NCBI GenBank assembly: GCA_963708135.1
Contig: OY970192.1
Location: 2,944,001 to 3,008,000, forward strand
Length of the DNA: 64,000 nucleotides
Direction of reading: 5' to 3'
Source: an uncultured Gemmatimonadales bacterium
GTDB lineage: Bacteria > Gemmatimonadota > Gemmatimonadetes > Longimicrobiales > RSA9
The position numbers and the translations under genes were made by a program. Of this stretch, positions 1 to 10,377 are shown piece by piece. The notes beneath the pieces are model-generated. The model searched no databases and had not been told where the DNA came from. It worked only from the letters and a program-made list of their open reading frames with translations. Each line of letters begins with the position of its first letter. Position 1 is the first letter of the stretch.

Positions 1-4
1 TGCC

Positions 5-514
5 GTGAAGCACCTGATGTTCACGACGGTGCGGGGCCGGTTCGCCGAGGTGAGCGGGACGATCCGGACGGACGATGCGGACCCGGCGGCGTCGTCCGTG
101 GAGGTGGAGATCGAGGCGGCGAGCATCGACACGGGCGTGGCGGACCGGGACGCGCACCTGCGGTCCGCGGACTTCCTGGATGTGGCGAGCCATTCGACAC
201 TGACGTTCCGGAGCACGCGGGTGGAAGGGGCGGCTTTCCGGCCGGGCGAGCGGTTCACGGTGGTGGGCGATCTCTCGATCCGGGGGGCGACGCGGGAGGT
301 GGAGCTCGAGGCGGAGTTTCACGGGTCGGGTCAGGATCCGTGGGGCGGCGAGCGGGCCGGGTTCACGGCCCGGACGGAGATCGACCGCCGGGAATGGGGG
401 CTGGAGTGGAACCAGGCGCTCGAGGCCGGGGGCCTGCTGGTGGGCAACAGCGTCCGGATCGAGCTTGAGGTGGAGGCGGTGAAGCAGGCCGCCAGGTCGG
501 AGGCGGCCGCCTGA
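5..514 (+). CDS. YceI family (polyisoprenoid-binding) protein, probably 5'-truncated by the window edge
   Basis: VKHLMFTTVRGRF, SIDTGVADRDAHLRSADFLD, DPWGGERAGF and IDRREWGLEWN are typical YceI motifs. Confidence 0.92.
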   Translation: MKHLMFTTVRGRFAEVSGTIRTDDADPAASSVEVEIEAASIDTGVADRDAHLRSADFLDVASHSTLTFRSTRVEGAAFRPGERFTVVGDLSIRGATREVELEAEFHGSGQDPWGGERAGFTARTEIDRREWGLEWNQALEAGGLLVGNSVRIELEVEAVKQAARSEAAA

Positions 515-727
515 TCGGAGTCACCGCGCGGGAGGCAACGGGGCGCCGGCCGCGATCGCGCGGTCCGGCGCCCTACAGCGGGGAGCTTGCGCCATCCGTT
601 CCCGCGAATCACCTTTAAGTGTACCCAATACAAGTCCGCACATTCGCCCGGATACGCTTCCAGGATCGCGCGGGCTCTTCGATAGCTCGTTGCGGGAACG
701 GGTCGCCGGTCCAGGAGAAACCGAAGT

Positions 728-2256
728 ATGGGGATTCCGCGCACGCCGCCGTTCCGGATTCCTCGGCTGGAGACCGTGCTGCTGCTCGCCCTGATCCTGA
801 TGGGCGCCGGACTGTGGGCGTACCGGAGCCGCGCCGGTTCCCGGCGCTCGCCTGGCGGAGGCGTGGGGCTTCCCGCCACGGCGGTGGCCGTACTGCCCTT
901 CCAGAACGTGACGGGCGATTCCGGCCAGGCGTACTTCAGCCAGGGTGTGAGCGACGAGATCCGCGCCGCGGTGGCGCGGGTTCCGGGGCTCCGGGTCACG
1001 TCGCGGACGTCCTCCTTCCGCTATCTTGGAAGCACGAAGGGGGCGCAGGCGATCGCGCGGGAGCTCGGGGTCGGCTCGATCCTGGAGGGCACGGTTCAGC
1101 GGGCGGCGTCGCGGGTGCGGGTGACGGTGAGCCTGGTGGACGCGGGCGCCGATACGCAGCTGTGGACGCGGACCTTCGACCGCGCGCTGGAGCCCGACAG
1201 TCTGTTCTCGGTGGAGGCGGAGATCGCGCGCTCGGTGGCGCGGGCGCTCCAGGTGGAGCTCAGGTCGGAGCCGCGGGACCTGACGGGCCGTCCGCCCTCG
1301 TCGCTGGAAGCGCACGACCTGTACCTGCTCGGGCTCTACCACTGGAATCGCCGGACCGGGGACGACCTGTTGCAGGCGGCCCGGTACTTCAAGGAGGCGG
1401 TGGCGCGCGACCCCGGCTACGCGATGGCGCTGGCCGGGCTGGCGAACACCTACGTGCTCCTCCCGCTGTACGCGCGGGTGCCGGCCGAGCGCGCGATGCC
1501 CGGGGCACGGGCAGCGGCCAAGGCGGCACTGGCGCTGGACTCGAGCCTGGCGGACGCGCGGCGCTGGCGTTCGTGCAGACCACCTACGACTGGGATTGGG
1601 AGGGGGCGGAGGCGTCGTTCCGGCAGGCGATCGCGCTGAACGGGAGCTACGCCACGGCCTGCGAGTGGTACGCCCTGCTGCTGGATGCGCTCGGCCGACA
1701 CGAGGAGGCGGCGGTCCAGGAGCGGCGGGCGCTCGCGCTGGACCCGCGCTCCGTGATCATCAACGAGGTGTGGGGCAACCACCTCATGTACGTGAACGAG
1801 TACGGCCCGGCCGCGCGGCAGCTGCTCCACACGCTGGAGCTCGAGCCGGACCTGCCGCTCGCGCTCCAGTACCTGTCGGTGACGTACCTGCTGGCCGGGC
1901 GGGGCGACGATGCGCTGCGCACGCTCCGCCACCTGGCGGAGGTGACGGGCACGGACCCGGAGCCGTGGTCGCGGGTGGTGGGCGCCGCCACTCCCGGCGC
2001 TCGGGCGGACGCGGCGGCGGCGCTCGAGCGGATGGCGGCGGCGGGGACGCTCTCGCCGTACAACCAGGCGCAGTACGATGCGCTGATTGGCGCGGATTCC
2101 GACGCGCTGGGGGCCCTCGAGGAGGGCTTCAGGACGAAGGACTTCCTCATGTTCCTGGTGGACGCCGACCCCTCCTTCGACCGGCTGAAGGACGAGCCGA
2201 GGTTCGAGCGGCTCCTGGCCAGGATGGGTCTCAGGCACCCGCAACCGAGCTCCTGA
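728..2256 (+). pseudogene. TolB_N-like/TPR repeat membrane protein split by a frameshift at about 1559-1560
   Basis: Frame 728 gives TM + AVAVLPFQN..YFSQGVSDEI..TPR up to SLADA. Frame 619 continues from 1561 as ALAFVQTTYDWDWEGAEASFRQAIALN..DPSFDRLKDEPRFERLLARMGL. Confidence 0.8.
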
Positions 2257-2380
2257 CCGGCTCCACACCAGTCGTTCTCCGGCTTCGGCCGGTGCTGGCA
2301 TACGATAGCGAACGAGATCTGACGGGACCGCGGCGGATGCCGCCGTCCCGCGCGGGGTTGCCGTCTTCCGTCCAGGGGCC

Positions 2381-4207
2381 ATGCCGAAACAGAGTTTCAG
2401 CCTGTTCACGTTCCTCGAGGAGGCGAAGCGCCGAAACGTGCTGCGCGTCGGGTTCGCGTACCTGGTCGTCGCGTTCGCCGTCCTCCAGGGCGCGGACCTG
2501 GTGCTGCCGGCGCTACTCCTGCCGGGCTGGACCTTCCGCATGCTGGTGGTGGTCGTGCTGTTCCTCTTCCCGATCGTGCTCGTGCTGGCGTGGATCTACG
2601 ACCTCACGCCGGACGGGGTGAGGCGCACCGCCGATGCTCCCCACGACGCGGCCGACCCGACCGCCGGGGCCGTGGAGCCGGGCGCCCAGCCCCGCCTGCC
2701 GGCGGGCACCGCCGCCGGCTCGGCCGCGTCGAGAGGGGTGCCGCCCGCGGCCGCGCATTCCGTCGCCGTCGCCCTGGCGCCCGCGTACCCGGCCGGGGCG
2801 TCGGACATCATCGACTCGCTCGCGATCCTGCCCTTCTCCAACCCCAGCGGCGACGCGGACAGCGAGTACCTCTCCGACGGGATCACCGAATCCATCATCA
2901 ACAAGATGGCGACGATCTCCGGGATCCGCGTCGTGCCGCGCGCCTCCGCGTTCCGCTTCAAGAACCGCGAGTTCGTGCCCGCCGACGTCGCGCGCGAGCT
3001 GAACGTGCGGGCGCTGGTCATGGGCCGTGTGCACCAGAGGGGCGGAGTGCTGGTCGCGCAGGCCGAGCTCATCAACCTGGTCACCGAGTCGCAGCTCTGG
3101 GGAGAGCACTACAACCGCCCGCTCTCCGACATCTTCACGGTGCAGGAGGAGATGGCGGAAGAGATCGCGCGCTCGCTGCGGCTGCGGCTCACGGGCCAGC
3201 AGCGCGAGCGGCTCCTGCGCCGCGAGACCCACGACACCGAGGCCTACCAGGCTTACCTGCGGGGCCGCTTCTACTGGAACAAGCGCACCGCCGCGGGCTT
3301 CAAGCTTGCGAACACGCACTTCCAGGAGGCGATCGAGCTGGACCCGAACTACGCGCTGGCGTACTCGGGGCTGGCCGACACCTTCAACGTGCTCGGCTAC
3401 TACAACATCCAGGCGCCACGCGACACCTACCCCCGCGCCAAGGCGGCGGCGGCACGCGCCCTCGCCCTCGACGACGAGCTGGCGGAAGCGCACGCGTCGC
3501 TCGGCTACGCCCTCCTCTTCTTCGACCGCCGCTACGAGGACGCCGCCCGCTCGCTCGAGCGCGCCATCGAGCTCAAGCCCTCCTACGCCAGCGCGCACCA
3601 GTGGTACGGCTGGTACCTGCTCGTGCGCGAGCGCTTCGACGAGACCCTCACCTCCATACGCAAGGCCGTCGAGCTCGACCCGCTCTCCCTCATCATCAAC
3701 GACCACTACGCCTACGCTCTCTTCCTGGCGGGCCGCTACGCCGAGGCGCACGCGCAGATCGAGAAGACGCTGGAACTCGACCCAGGCTATCCCCTGGCCT
3801 ACTGGCGGCTCGGCAACCTGCACTCCCACCACCACCGCCTCGGAGCCGCGATCGAGGCGCTGGAGAAGGCGGTCGAGCTCTCGCACGGCGTCCTCGCCCG
3901 GGGCTACCTGGGCCAGGCGCTCGCCGTCGCCGGACGGACGGAGGAGGCCCGCACCCTGCTCCACGCCCTCGAGAACCCGGGCGCCGACACCTACATCTCG
4001 CCGCTCGACCGCGCCCTCATCCACGCGGGCCTCGGCGAGGTGGAGGAGACGATCGAGGCGCTCTACGAGGGACTCGAGGACCGGGTCAGCGACATGGTCC
4101 GCGTGAAGCTCCTGCCCTGGCCGCCCGAGCTGCGCCGCCACCCCCGCTTCGCCGACCTGCTCGTCGAGCTCGGCGTGGCCGCAGAGGCGCGCGATCCCAC
4201 TCACTGA
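2381..4207 (+). CDS. Membrane-anchored TolB_N/TPR repeat protein (adenylate-cyclase-associated type, no catalytic domain seen)
   Basis: N-terminal EAKRRNVLRVGFAY..LAWIYDLTPDG, then SLAILPFSN..YLSDGITESII and multiple TPRs. Confidence 0.85.
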   Translation: MPKQSFSLFTFLEEAKRRNVLRVGFAYLVVAFAVLQGADLVLPALLLPGWTFRMLVVVVLFLFPIVLVLAWIYDLTPDGVRRTADAPHDAADPTAGAVEPGAQPRLPAGTAAGSAASRGVPPAAAHSVAVALAPAYPAGASDIIDSLAILPFSNPSGDADSEYLSDGITESIINKMATISGIRVVPRASAFRFKNREFVPADVARELNVRALVMGRVHQRGGVLVAQAELINLVTESQLWGEHYNRPLSDIFTVQEEMAEEIARSLRLRLTGQQRERLLRRETHDTEAYQAYLRGRFYWNKRTAAGFKLANTHFQEAIELDPNYALAYSGLADTFNVLGYYNIQAPRDTYPRAKAAAARALALDDELAEAHASLGYALLFFDRRYEDAARSLERAIELKPSYASAHQWYGWYLLVRERFDETLTSIRKAVELDPLSLIINDHYAYALFLAGRYAEAHAQIEKTLELDPGYPLAYWRLGNLHSHHHRLGAAIEALEKAVELSHGVLARGYLGQALAVAGRTEEARTLLHALENPGADTYISPLDRALIHAGLGEVEETIEALYEGLEDRVSDMVRVKLLPWPPELRRHPRFADLLVELGVAAEARDPTH

Positions 4208-4228
4208 TCTCTGAGCCGAGGCCCTCCC

Positions 4229-4554
4229 ATGCCCACGTCCACACCAGGGGGGCGACTCCCTCCGCCGATCCCGGCCGACTGGGGGTACGCGTTCTACTAC
4301 GGGTCGCTGACCTGGCTCACGGTCTACTACCGCGTGGACCCGCAGACGCTCGGCAACGCGCTCGCGGGCACCGGCTTCGAGCCGGCCCTCTTCGCGGACG
4401 GGCAGGGTGCCGTCGGGCTCAACCCGATGACCTACGGCTCGCAGCTCGAGAGCCTCGTCGAGGCCACGACCGAGGCCGAGCTCAACGTGCTGGCCTATCC
4501 CGCCGCCGCGCCTCCGCCGTCCCGGTGATCTCTTACAGTCGGCGTCGCCGGTGA
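4229..4554 (+). pseudogene. Truncated remnant, possibly acetoacetate-decarboxylase-like fold
   Basis: 99-aa ORF (LTVYYRVDPQTL..GFEPALF..TEAELNVLAYP) stops at 4528. Another frame reads on as SAVPVISYS to 4554. Confidence 0.4.
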
Positions 4555-4585
4555 TCGAGTCGCGGCCCTTCTGGGCGGACCAGGG

Positions 4586-5980
4586 ATGAGCACGGCGACG
4601 CGGGGGCGGCGGCCGGCCCGGCTCGCCGGCCTGCTGGCCGGGCTCCTCACCCTCGCCTGCGCGGGGCGGGCCGGCGGCGGCGGGCCGGGCGAGGCCGGCG
4701 GCGGCGTGGCGGCGGGTGCCGCCGCGCGGCCGCGGGCGGAGCGCCCCGCCAGCGCGGCCGCGGCGGCCGCGGGGCTCAGCTGGCGCCTGCCGCCGGACAT
4801 GCCCGCCGGCGCCTCGCCGCGCGACCAGCGCGCCTTCGACGACTTCGCCTGGCGCAGCTTCGTCGCTCTGAGCTGGCCGGCCACGGCGGACGGGGCGCCG
4901 GACAGCACGGTCGTCATCGGGGCCTCGGGGGACGCGCCCACCGTGTGGGAGCACTACGACGAGACGGGCGAGGTCTTCCTTCCCGGCGGCGCGGCACCGC
5001 TGCCGTGGGGCCAGCACGCGCCGCCACCCCCCGCCTGCCGGAACCTCGGCGCCGGAGCGCTCCCGGTGCTCTCGATGACGTCGAAGGTCTCGAGCGTGGT
5101 GGCGCAGTTCGTGGAGCCGTTCGCCGGGCCGGTGATCGACCAGGACAGCAACTTCGCGCGCTACGCGATCCACGTGAACGAGCCGGCGTTCGACTACATC
5201 GTGGACGACACGCTCTACCGCAAGGACGTGCAGCGCCGGCGGACGACGGCCATCAGCTTCCCCGCCGGGCAGGACGGCACGAGCAACGTGGGCGCCGTGA
5301 TCCTCAAGTCCGCATGGAAGGTGCTCACGGCACGGGACTCCGTCCGGCGCTACCACACGATGGTGGCCTACGTCTACACGCCGCCCTCCACCCAGCCGCC
5401 GATCACCGCGTCGTGCCGCAAGCAGCGGCTCGGGCTCGTCGGCTTCCACATCACGCACAAGACACGGGCCTACCCGCAGTGGATCTGGGCCACGTTCGAG
5501 CAGGTGGACAACGTCGAGGTGGCGGCCGGGACGGCGCTCCACCCCTCCTTCTCGGATCCGGCCTGCAACTGCGCGGACCGCGTGAACCAGATGCCTGCCC
5601 GGCCGTGGGTGCCCGACCGGCCGGGCGTGCCCACGCAGGTCGTGCGCGAGACGCCGATCGACAGCGGCACCGTCGCCGTGAACGGGCGGTGGCAGGCCGC
5701 GCTGGCGGCGGCGGGCCCGGCGTCGCCGTGGAGGTACTATCGGCTGGTGGGCGTGCAGCACCCGCGCGTCCCCTCCGACACGCTGCACCTCGGCGCGCCG
5801 TATCCGCAGTTCCTGGCCAACACGGTCCTCGAAACCTACGACCAGGGCAATTACGGCCGCGCCTCGAGCTGCATGGACTGCCACTTCCGCGCGACCATCT
5901 TCGGCGACTCCGCGAGCGGCGGCGCCAAGTTCTCCGACTACAGCTACGTGTTCATGCAGGCCACGGAGCCGAAGCGATGA
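4586..5980 (+). CDS. Exported (lipo)protein with a single C-terminal c-type haem motif
   Basis: Signal MSTATRGRRPARLAGLLAGLLTLAC; motifs FDDFAWRSFVALSWP, GLVGFHITHKT..WIWATFEQVDN, LANTVLETY and SSCMDCH. Confidence 0.75.
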   Translation: MSTATRGRRPARLAGLLAGLLTLACAGRAGGGGPGEAGGGVAAGAAARPRAERPASAAAAAAGLSWRLPPDMPAGASPRDQRAFDDFAWRSFVALSWPATADGAPDSTVVIGASGDAPTVWEHYDETGEVFLPGGAAPLPWGQHAPPPPACRNLGAGALPVLSMTSKVSSVVAQFVEPFAGPVIDQDSNFARYAIHVNEPAFDYIVDDTLYRKDVQRRRTTAISFPAGQDGTSNVGAVILKSAWKVLTARDSVRRYHTMVAYVYTPPSTQPPITASCRKQRLGLVGFHITHKTRAYPQWIWATFEQVDNVEVAAGTALHPSFSDPACNCADRVNQMPARPWVPDRPGVPTQVVRETPIDSGTVAVNGRWQAALAAAGPASPWRYYRLVGVQHPRVPSDTLHLGAPYPQFLANTVLETYDQGNYGRASSCMDCHFRATIFGDSASGGAKFSDYSYVFMQATEPKR

Positions 5981-6510
5981 GCGACGCCGAGTTCGATCTC
6001 TTCATCGAGCTGTCCTCCGCCCTCACGGGCTACGACCTGAAGAACGATCCGTGGCAGATGGACGCGGCGGAGGCCTACGAGAAGGTGATCCTCGAGAAGA
6101 AGGGCGAGGCCGCCCTGCGCGCGGTGCTGGACGCGTACGCCGCCTGCAAGGCGGACGCGGCGGGGGATGCCGGGCGGCTGAATGCGTTGGTCGGACAGCG
6201 CCTCATGGCGGGCGATGGATCCATCCCGGCCCTGTGCCGGACCATCCTGTGGCTCTGGTACCTGAGCGCCTGGTACGACCAGCCGGTGATCGGCGCCTGG
6301 CCGAACATCTACCCGCCGGGCGACGGCCAGGGGGACATCGTCCCCGGACTCGCCTACTCGCGCGGCCTGGCGTTCCAGGTCGGCCAGTCCCACCCGCCCG
6401 GCTACACGGAGACGCGCTACGGCTCCTGGGGCGCACCGCCGCCGCCCGATCCCGGTCCCTTCTATCCGCCGTCCTCGCCCGCGCCCGGCGGCGCCGGGCC
6501 GGCCCGCTGA
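5977..6510 (+). CDS. Sugar/sorbitol dehydrogenase small (gamma-like) subunit
   Basis: FIELSSALTG..ILWLWYLSAW..YSRGLAF..HPPGY..YGSW; ATGA overlap with upstream gene; directly precedes a GMC flavoprotein. Confidence 0.7.
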   Translation: MSDAEFDLFIELSSALTGYDLKNDPWQMDAAEAYEKVILEKKGEAALRAVLDAYAACKADAAGDAGRLNALVGQRLMAGDGSIPALCRTILWLWYLSAWYDQPVIGAWPNIYPPGDGQGDIVPGLAYSRGLAFQVGQSHPPGYTETRYGSWGAPPPPDPGPFYPPSSPAPGGAGPAR

Positions 6511-6527
6511 CTCCCGGAGGCAGCCCC

Positions 6528-8375
6528 ATGGCGACGACCGACCAGGTCTACGACATCGTCATCGTCGGCGCCGGGATCGCCGGCTGCTACTGCGCCCGCG
6601 AGCTGGCCGCGGCGGGTTACGGCGTGCTCGTCCTCGAGGCCGGCCCGGCGCCCACGGCCCAGGACCGCAACCGCTACATCCAGAAGTTCTACGAGGCGGA
6701 AGCCAAGACCACGAACGCGCCCTACCCGCCGTACCCGGGCAGCCCGCCGCCGAGCGAGCTGAACGCGCCGTCGTTCCGCGTGCTGGACATTGGCAACCCG
6801 CAGCGGTCGTACCTCGAGCAGCTCGGCCCGCAGCCGTTCAGCTCCTCCTACGAGCGGATCGCGGGAGGCACGACCTGGCACTGGCTGGGCGTCGCCTACC
6901 GCCTGCTCCCCGAGGATTTCAGACTGCGCAGCCTCTACGGCCACGGCACCGACTGGCCGATCGGCTACGACGATCTCGAGCCATGGTACCGCAAGGCGGA
7001 GGAGGCACTGCGCGTCTCCGGCAGCGTTGGGGAGGAGGAGCGCCTCGGGCTCACCTTCTCGCCCGGCTACAGCTACCCGCAGGGGATCGTAGCGCAGAGC
7101 TACCTGGACCAGCAGATCTCCTCGCTGCTCGGAGACCTCCAGTTCGACGGCAAGCCGGTCCAGGTGTTCTCGCTGCCGCAGGGCCGCAACTCGACCGATC
7201 CGGACCAGCGGCGGCCCGCCTGCCAGGGCAACACGAGCTGCATCCCGATCTGTCCGATCCAGGCCAAGTGGGACGCCACCCTCTTCCTCGAGGATGCGGG
7301 CAACGCCGGCGCCACCATCCAGTACCGCACGGTGGTCACGCGGCTCCAGGTGGACCCGGACAGCCAGGCCGTCACCTCGCTGGACTACGTCCAGTACGTC
7401 CAGCCGTCCGGCGGTCCGACCACGGTCGGCTCGGTCCGCGCGAAGCTCTTCATCCTGGCCGCGCACGCCATCGAGAACGTCAAGATCCTGCTGAACTCGG
7501 CCACGGCGGGCTTCGAGACGGGCCTCGCCAACACGAGCGGCTCCGTCGGCCGATACCTGATGGATCACCCTCTCCAGCTCAGCTGGGCCGCGGCGGCCGC
7601 TCCCGTCTACTCGCTGCGCGGCCCGCGCGTGAGCTCCGGCATCGAGAGCCTGCGCGACGGCCCCTTCCGCAGCCAGCGGGGCGGCTTCCGCGTGGACATC
7701 GGCAACGAGGGCTGGAGCTGGGCGATGAACGAGCCATACACCAGCGCGATCCAGCTCGCGAAGCCGGCGGACGGGTCGCAGGGCCTGTTCGGCGCGGCAC
7801 TCCGGACGGCGCTGAACCAGCGTCTCGTCCGCCAGTTCCGGCTCGGCTTCCTGGTCGAGCAGGAGCCGCTCTACCAGAACCAGGTGACGCTCTCGCCGGA
7901 CCGGAAGGACGGCCTGGGCCTGCCCGTCCCGCGGATCCAGTACGAGCTCGGCGAGTACTGCACCGCGGGGCTCCAGGCCGCGCGTCAGTGCGCGCAGGCG
8001 GTCTTCCAGAAGATGGGCGCCACGGACGGCACCGGGCTCCTCGACTCCCCGCCCGTCGAGCCCGGACCGCTGCCGGTCTTCAAGTACGGCTTCGGCTACT
8101 TCCCCATCGAGGTGAACGGGACGACGAAGTACCTTCCCTTCTACGGCTCCGGCCACATCGTCGGCACGCACCGCATGGGACGACCGACGGATCCCACGGC
8201 CGTCACGGACAGCTTCATGCGCAGCTACGACCACAAGAACCTGTTCATCATGGGAAGCGGTGCCTTCCCCACCATCGGTACGGCCAACCCCACGCTCACG
8301 CTTCTCGCGCTCGTGATCCGGTCGGTGGCGGCGCTCGGGAAGGAGCTGAAGGCGGTGGAGGCACACACAGGATGA
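6528..8375 (+). CDS. GMC family FAD oxidoreductase, large subunit
   Basis: DIVIVGAGIAG, GGTTWHWLG, CQGNTSCIPICP, VGRYLMDHP, HIVGTHRMG and GTANPTLT. Confidence 0.92.
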   Translation: MATTDQVYDIVIVGAGIAGCYCARELAAAGYGVLVLEAGPAPTAQDRNRYIQKFYEAEAKTTNAPYPPYPGSPPPSELNAPSFRVLDIGNPQRSYLEQLGPQPFSSSYERIAGGTTWHWLGVAYRLLPEDFRLRSLYGHGTDWPIGYDDLEPWYRKAEEALRVSGSVGEEERLGLTFSPGYSYPQGIVAQSYLDQQISSLLGDLQFDGKPVQVFSLPQGRNSTDPDQRRPACQGNTSCIPICPIQAKWDATLFLEDAGNAGATIQYRTVVTRLQVDPDSQAVTSLDYVQYVQPSGGPTTVGSVRAKLFILAAHAIENVKILLNSATAGFETGLANTSGSVGRYLMDHPLQLSWAAAAAPVYSLRGPRVSSGIESLRDGPFRSQRGGFRVDIGNEGWSWAMNEPYTSAIQLAKPADGSQGLFGAALRTALNQRLVRQFRLGFLVEQEPLYQNQVTLSPDRKDGLGLPVPRIQYELGEYCTAGLQAARQCAQAVFQKMGATDGTGLLDSPPVEPGPLPVFKYGFGYFPIEVNGTTKYLPFYGSGHIVGTHRMGRPTDPTAVTDSFMRSYDHKNLFIMGSGAFPTIGTANPTLTLLALVIRSVAALGKELKAVEAHTG

Positions 8376-8385
8376 GGGGGACGGA

Positions 8386-8522
8386 TTACGGCGGCACGAC
8401 TTACGGCGGCACGACTTAGGGCGGCACGACTTACGGCGGCACGAATTGACGGCGGCACGACCAACGGCGGCACGACCAACGGCGGCACGACTTACGGCGG
8501 CACAGCTTACGGCGGCACGACT
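8386..8522 (+). repeat. Tandem 15-bp repeat, about 9 units (TTACGGCGGCACGAC)
   Basis: Nine GGCGGCAC cores at about 15-bp spacing fill the GMC-xdhC intergenic gap. Confidence 0.95.
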
Positions 8523-8531
8523 GGGAGCGGC

Positions 8532-9623
8532 ATGATGGAGAGCGGTACCACGGACATCTTGAGGCGCGCGGCGGCGTGGAGGGCGGAGGGGCGGCGGGTC
8601 GCGCTGGCCACGGTGGTGAAGACCTGGGGGTCGGCGCCCCGGCCGCCGGGAGGGCACATGGTCGTCTGCGGCACGGGCGAGTTCCTCGGGTCCGTTTCGG
8701 GTGGCTGCGTCGAGCCGGCGGTCATGGAGGAGGCGAAGGTGGTCATGGAGAGCGCGACGCCGCGCCTGGTCGAATACGGAGTCACGCACGAGGACGCCTG
8801 GGCGGTGGGGCTCGCCTGCGGCGGCCAGGTGCGGATCCACATCGAGCCGATCGGGCCCGGCGGGCTGCCGGACGGCATGCTCGACGAGCTGATCCGCGCG
8901 CGGGAGAGCGGCCATGCCGTCGTGATGGCCACCACGCTGCCGGGCGGCCCCCACGCCCTGCTCCGTTCCGGCGACGCAGGCGCGCCCGCGTCCGGCGGCC
9001 CCTCCGACACGCCGGCGCCGGACGCCGCCCGCGCCGTGCTCCCCACGCCGCTCTCCGCGCTCCCGCCCGACGCCGTCCGCGTCGCCCTCCGCTCGGACCT
9101 GGCGCAGGTGCTCGAGATGCCGGCAGGCAACGTCTTCCTGCGCCCGCACAACCCGCCCGTGCGGGTGGTCATCATCGGCGCCGTGCACCTCGCGCAGGCG
9201 CTCATCCCGCTCGCGACGGCGGTCGGCTTCGAGACCATCGTGGTCGATCCGCGCGAGGCCTTCGCGGCCGACGACCGGTTCCCCGGCGTTCGCATCGTCC
9301 ACGCCTGGCCCGGCCCGGCGCTGCGCGAGCTGGCGCCCGACCACCGCACCGCCGTCGTCATCCTGACCCACGACGCCAAGCTCGACGACCCGGCCGCCAC
9401 CGAGGCGCTCGCGAGCGACGCCTTCTACGTCGGCGCGCTCGGCAGCCGCCGTACCCACACCGCCCGGCTCGACCGGTTGCGTGAGTCGGGCGTGGTCGAG
9501 GAGGCGCTGGAGCGGATCCACGCGCCGATCGGGCTCGACATCGGCGCCCGCACGCCGGGCGAGGTCGCGCTCGCCATCATGGCGGAGATCGTCGCGACGC
9601 TGCGCCAGGAGGGGGCAGCGTGA
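8532..9623 (+). CDS. xdhC: XdhC/CoxF family molybdenum cofactor chaperone
   Basis: ATVVKTWGSAPRP, GSVSGGCVE, VGLACGG, YVGALGSRR and IHAPIGLDIGARTPGEVA. Confidence 0.92.
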   Translation: MMESGTTDILRRAAAWRAEGRRVALATVVKTWGSAPRPPGGHMVVCGTGEFLGSVSGGCVEPAVMEEAKVVMESATPRLVEYGVTHEDAWAVGLACGGQVRIHIEPIGPGGLPDGMLDELIRARESGHAVVMATTLPGGPHALLRSGDAGAPASGGPSDTPAPDAARAVLPTPLSALPPDAVRVALRSDLAQVLEMPAGNVFLRPHNPPVRVVIIGAVHLAQALIPLATAVGFETIVVDPREAFAADDRFPGVRIVHAWPGPALRELAPDHRTAVVILTHDAKLDDPAATEALASDAFYVGALGSRRTHTARLDRLRESGVVEEALERIHAPIGLDIGARTPGEVALAIMAEIVATLRQEGAA

Positions 9624-9660
9624 CCGCGGCCTCCGCCGCGGTCGGCACCCGGTGCCGGGC

Positions 9661-10377
9661 GTGGTGATCCCTGCGGGGCACCCGGGCGCCGTGGCGAGGA
9701 CGGCGGGCGTCGTGCTCGCCGCGGGCTCCTCGCGCCGCACCGGCGGCGTCGAGAAGCTGGTCGTCCCCGTCGAGGGCCGGCCGATGGTCCGCCGCGTCGC
9801 CGAGACCGCGCTCGCCGCGGGACTCGACCCGGTGCTCGTCGTGGTCGGCGCGGACGCGCGTGCCGAGCCCGTCCGCCAGGCGCTCGGTGGGCTGCCCGTC
9901 GTGCTCGTCACCAACCGGGATCCCTCCCGCGGCCTCGCCTCCTCCCTCGCCCGCGGCGTGAGCGCCCTCCCCGCCAGCACCCGCGCCGCCGCCATCCTGC
10001 TCGGCGACATGCCCTGGGTCCAGGACGGGACCGTCCGCGCGCTCGTCGCCGCGCTGGAATCGGCTTCCCCCGCTGCGACCGCTGGCGACGAGGCCGCCGC
10101 GCGCCTTTCCGCGGCCGCCGCCACGCCCGCGCGCGCGCGGCCGCGCGTGGCATGCATCCCCGTGTACGAGGGGCGGCGGGGCAACCCGGTGGTCTGGGGC
10201 GCCGGCTTCTTCCCGGACATGGTCGCGCTCGAGGGCGACCGCGGCGCCCGCATCCTCACGGAGCTCCATCCCGCCCTCATCCGCGAGGTGCCTGTGGACG
10301 ATCCCGGCATCCTTCGCGACGTGGACACGGTCGAGGACCTCGAGCGGCTGCGCCGGGAGGCGCCATGGCCAACGTAA
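9661..10377 (+). CDS. Molybdenum cofactor cytidylyltransferase (MocA-like); start uncertain
   Basis: VVLAAGSSRR..KL, LGDMPWV, GRRGNPVVW, GDRGAR and DVDTVEDL. Confidence 0.88.
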   Translation: MVIPAGHPGAVARTAGVVLAAGSSRRTGGVEKLVVPVEGRPMVRRVAETALAAGLDPVLVVVGADARAEPVRQALGGLPVVLVTNRDPSRGLASSLARGVSALPASTRAAAILLGDMPWVQDGTVRALVAALESASPAATAGDEAAARLSAAAATPARARPRVACIPVYEGRRGNPVVWGAGFFPDMVALEGDRGARILTELHPALIREVPVDDPGILRDVDTVEDLERLRREAPWPT

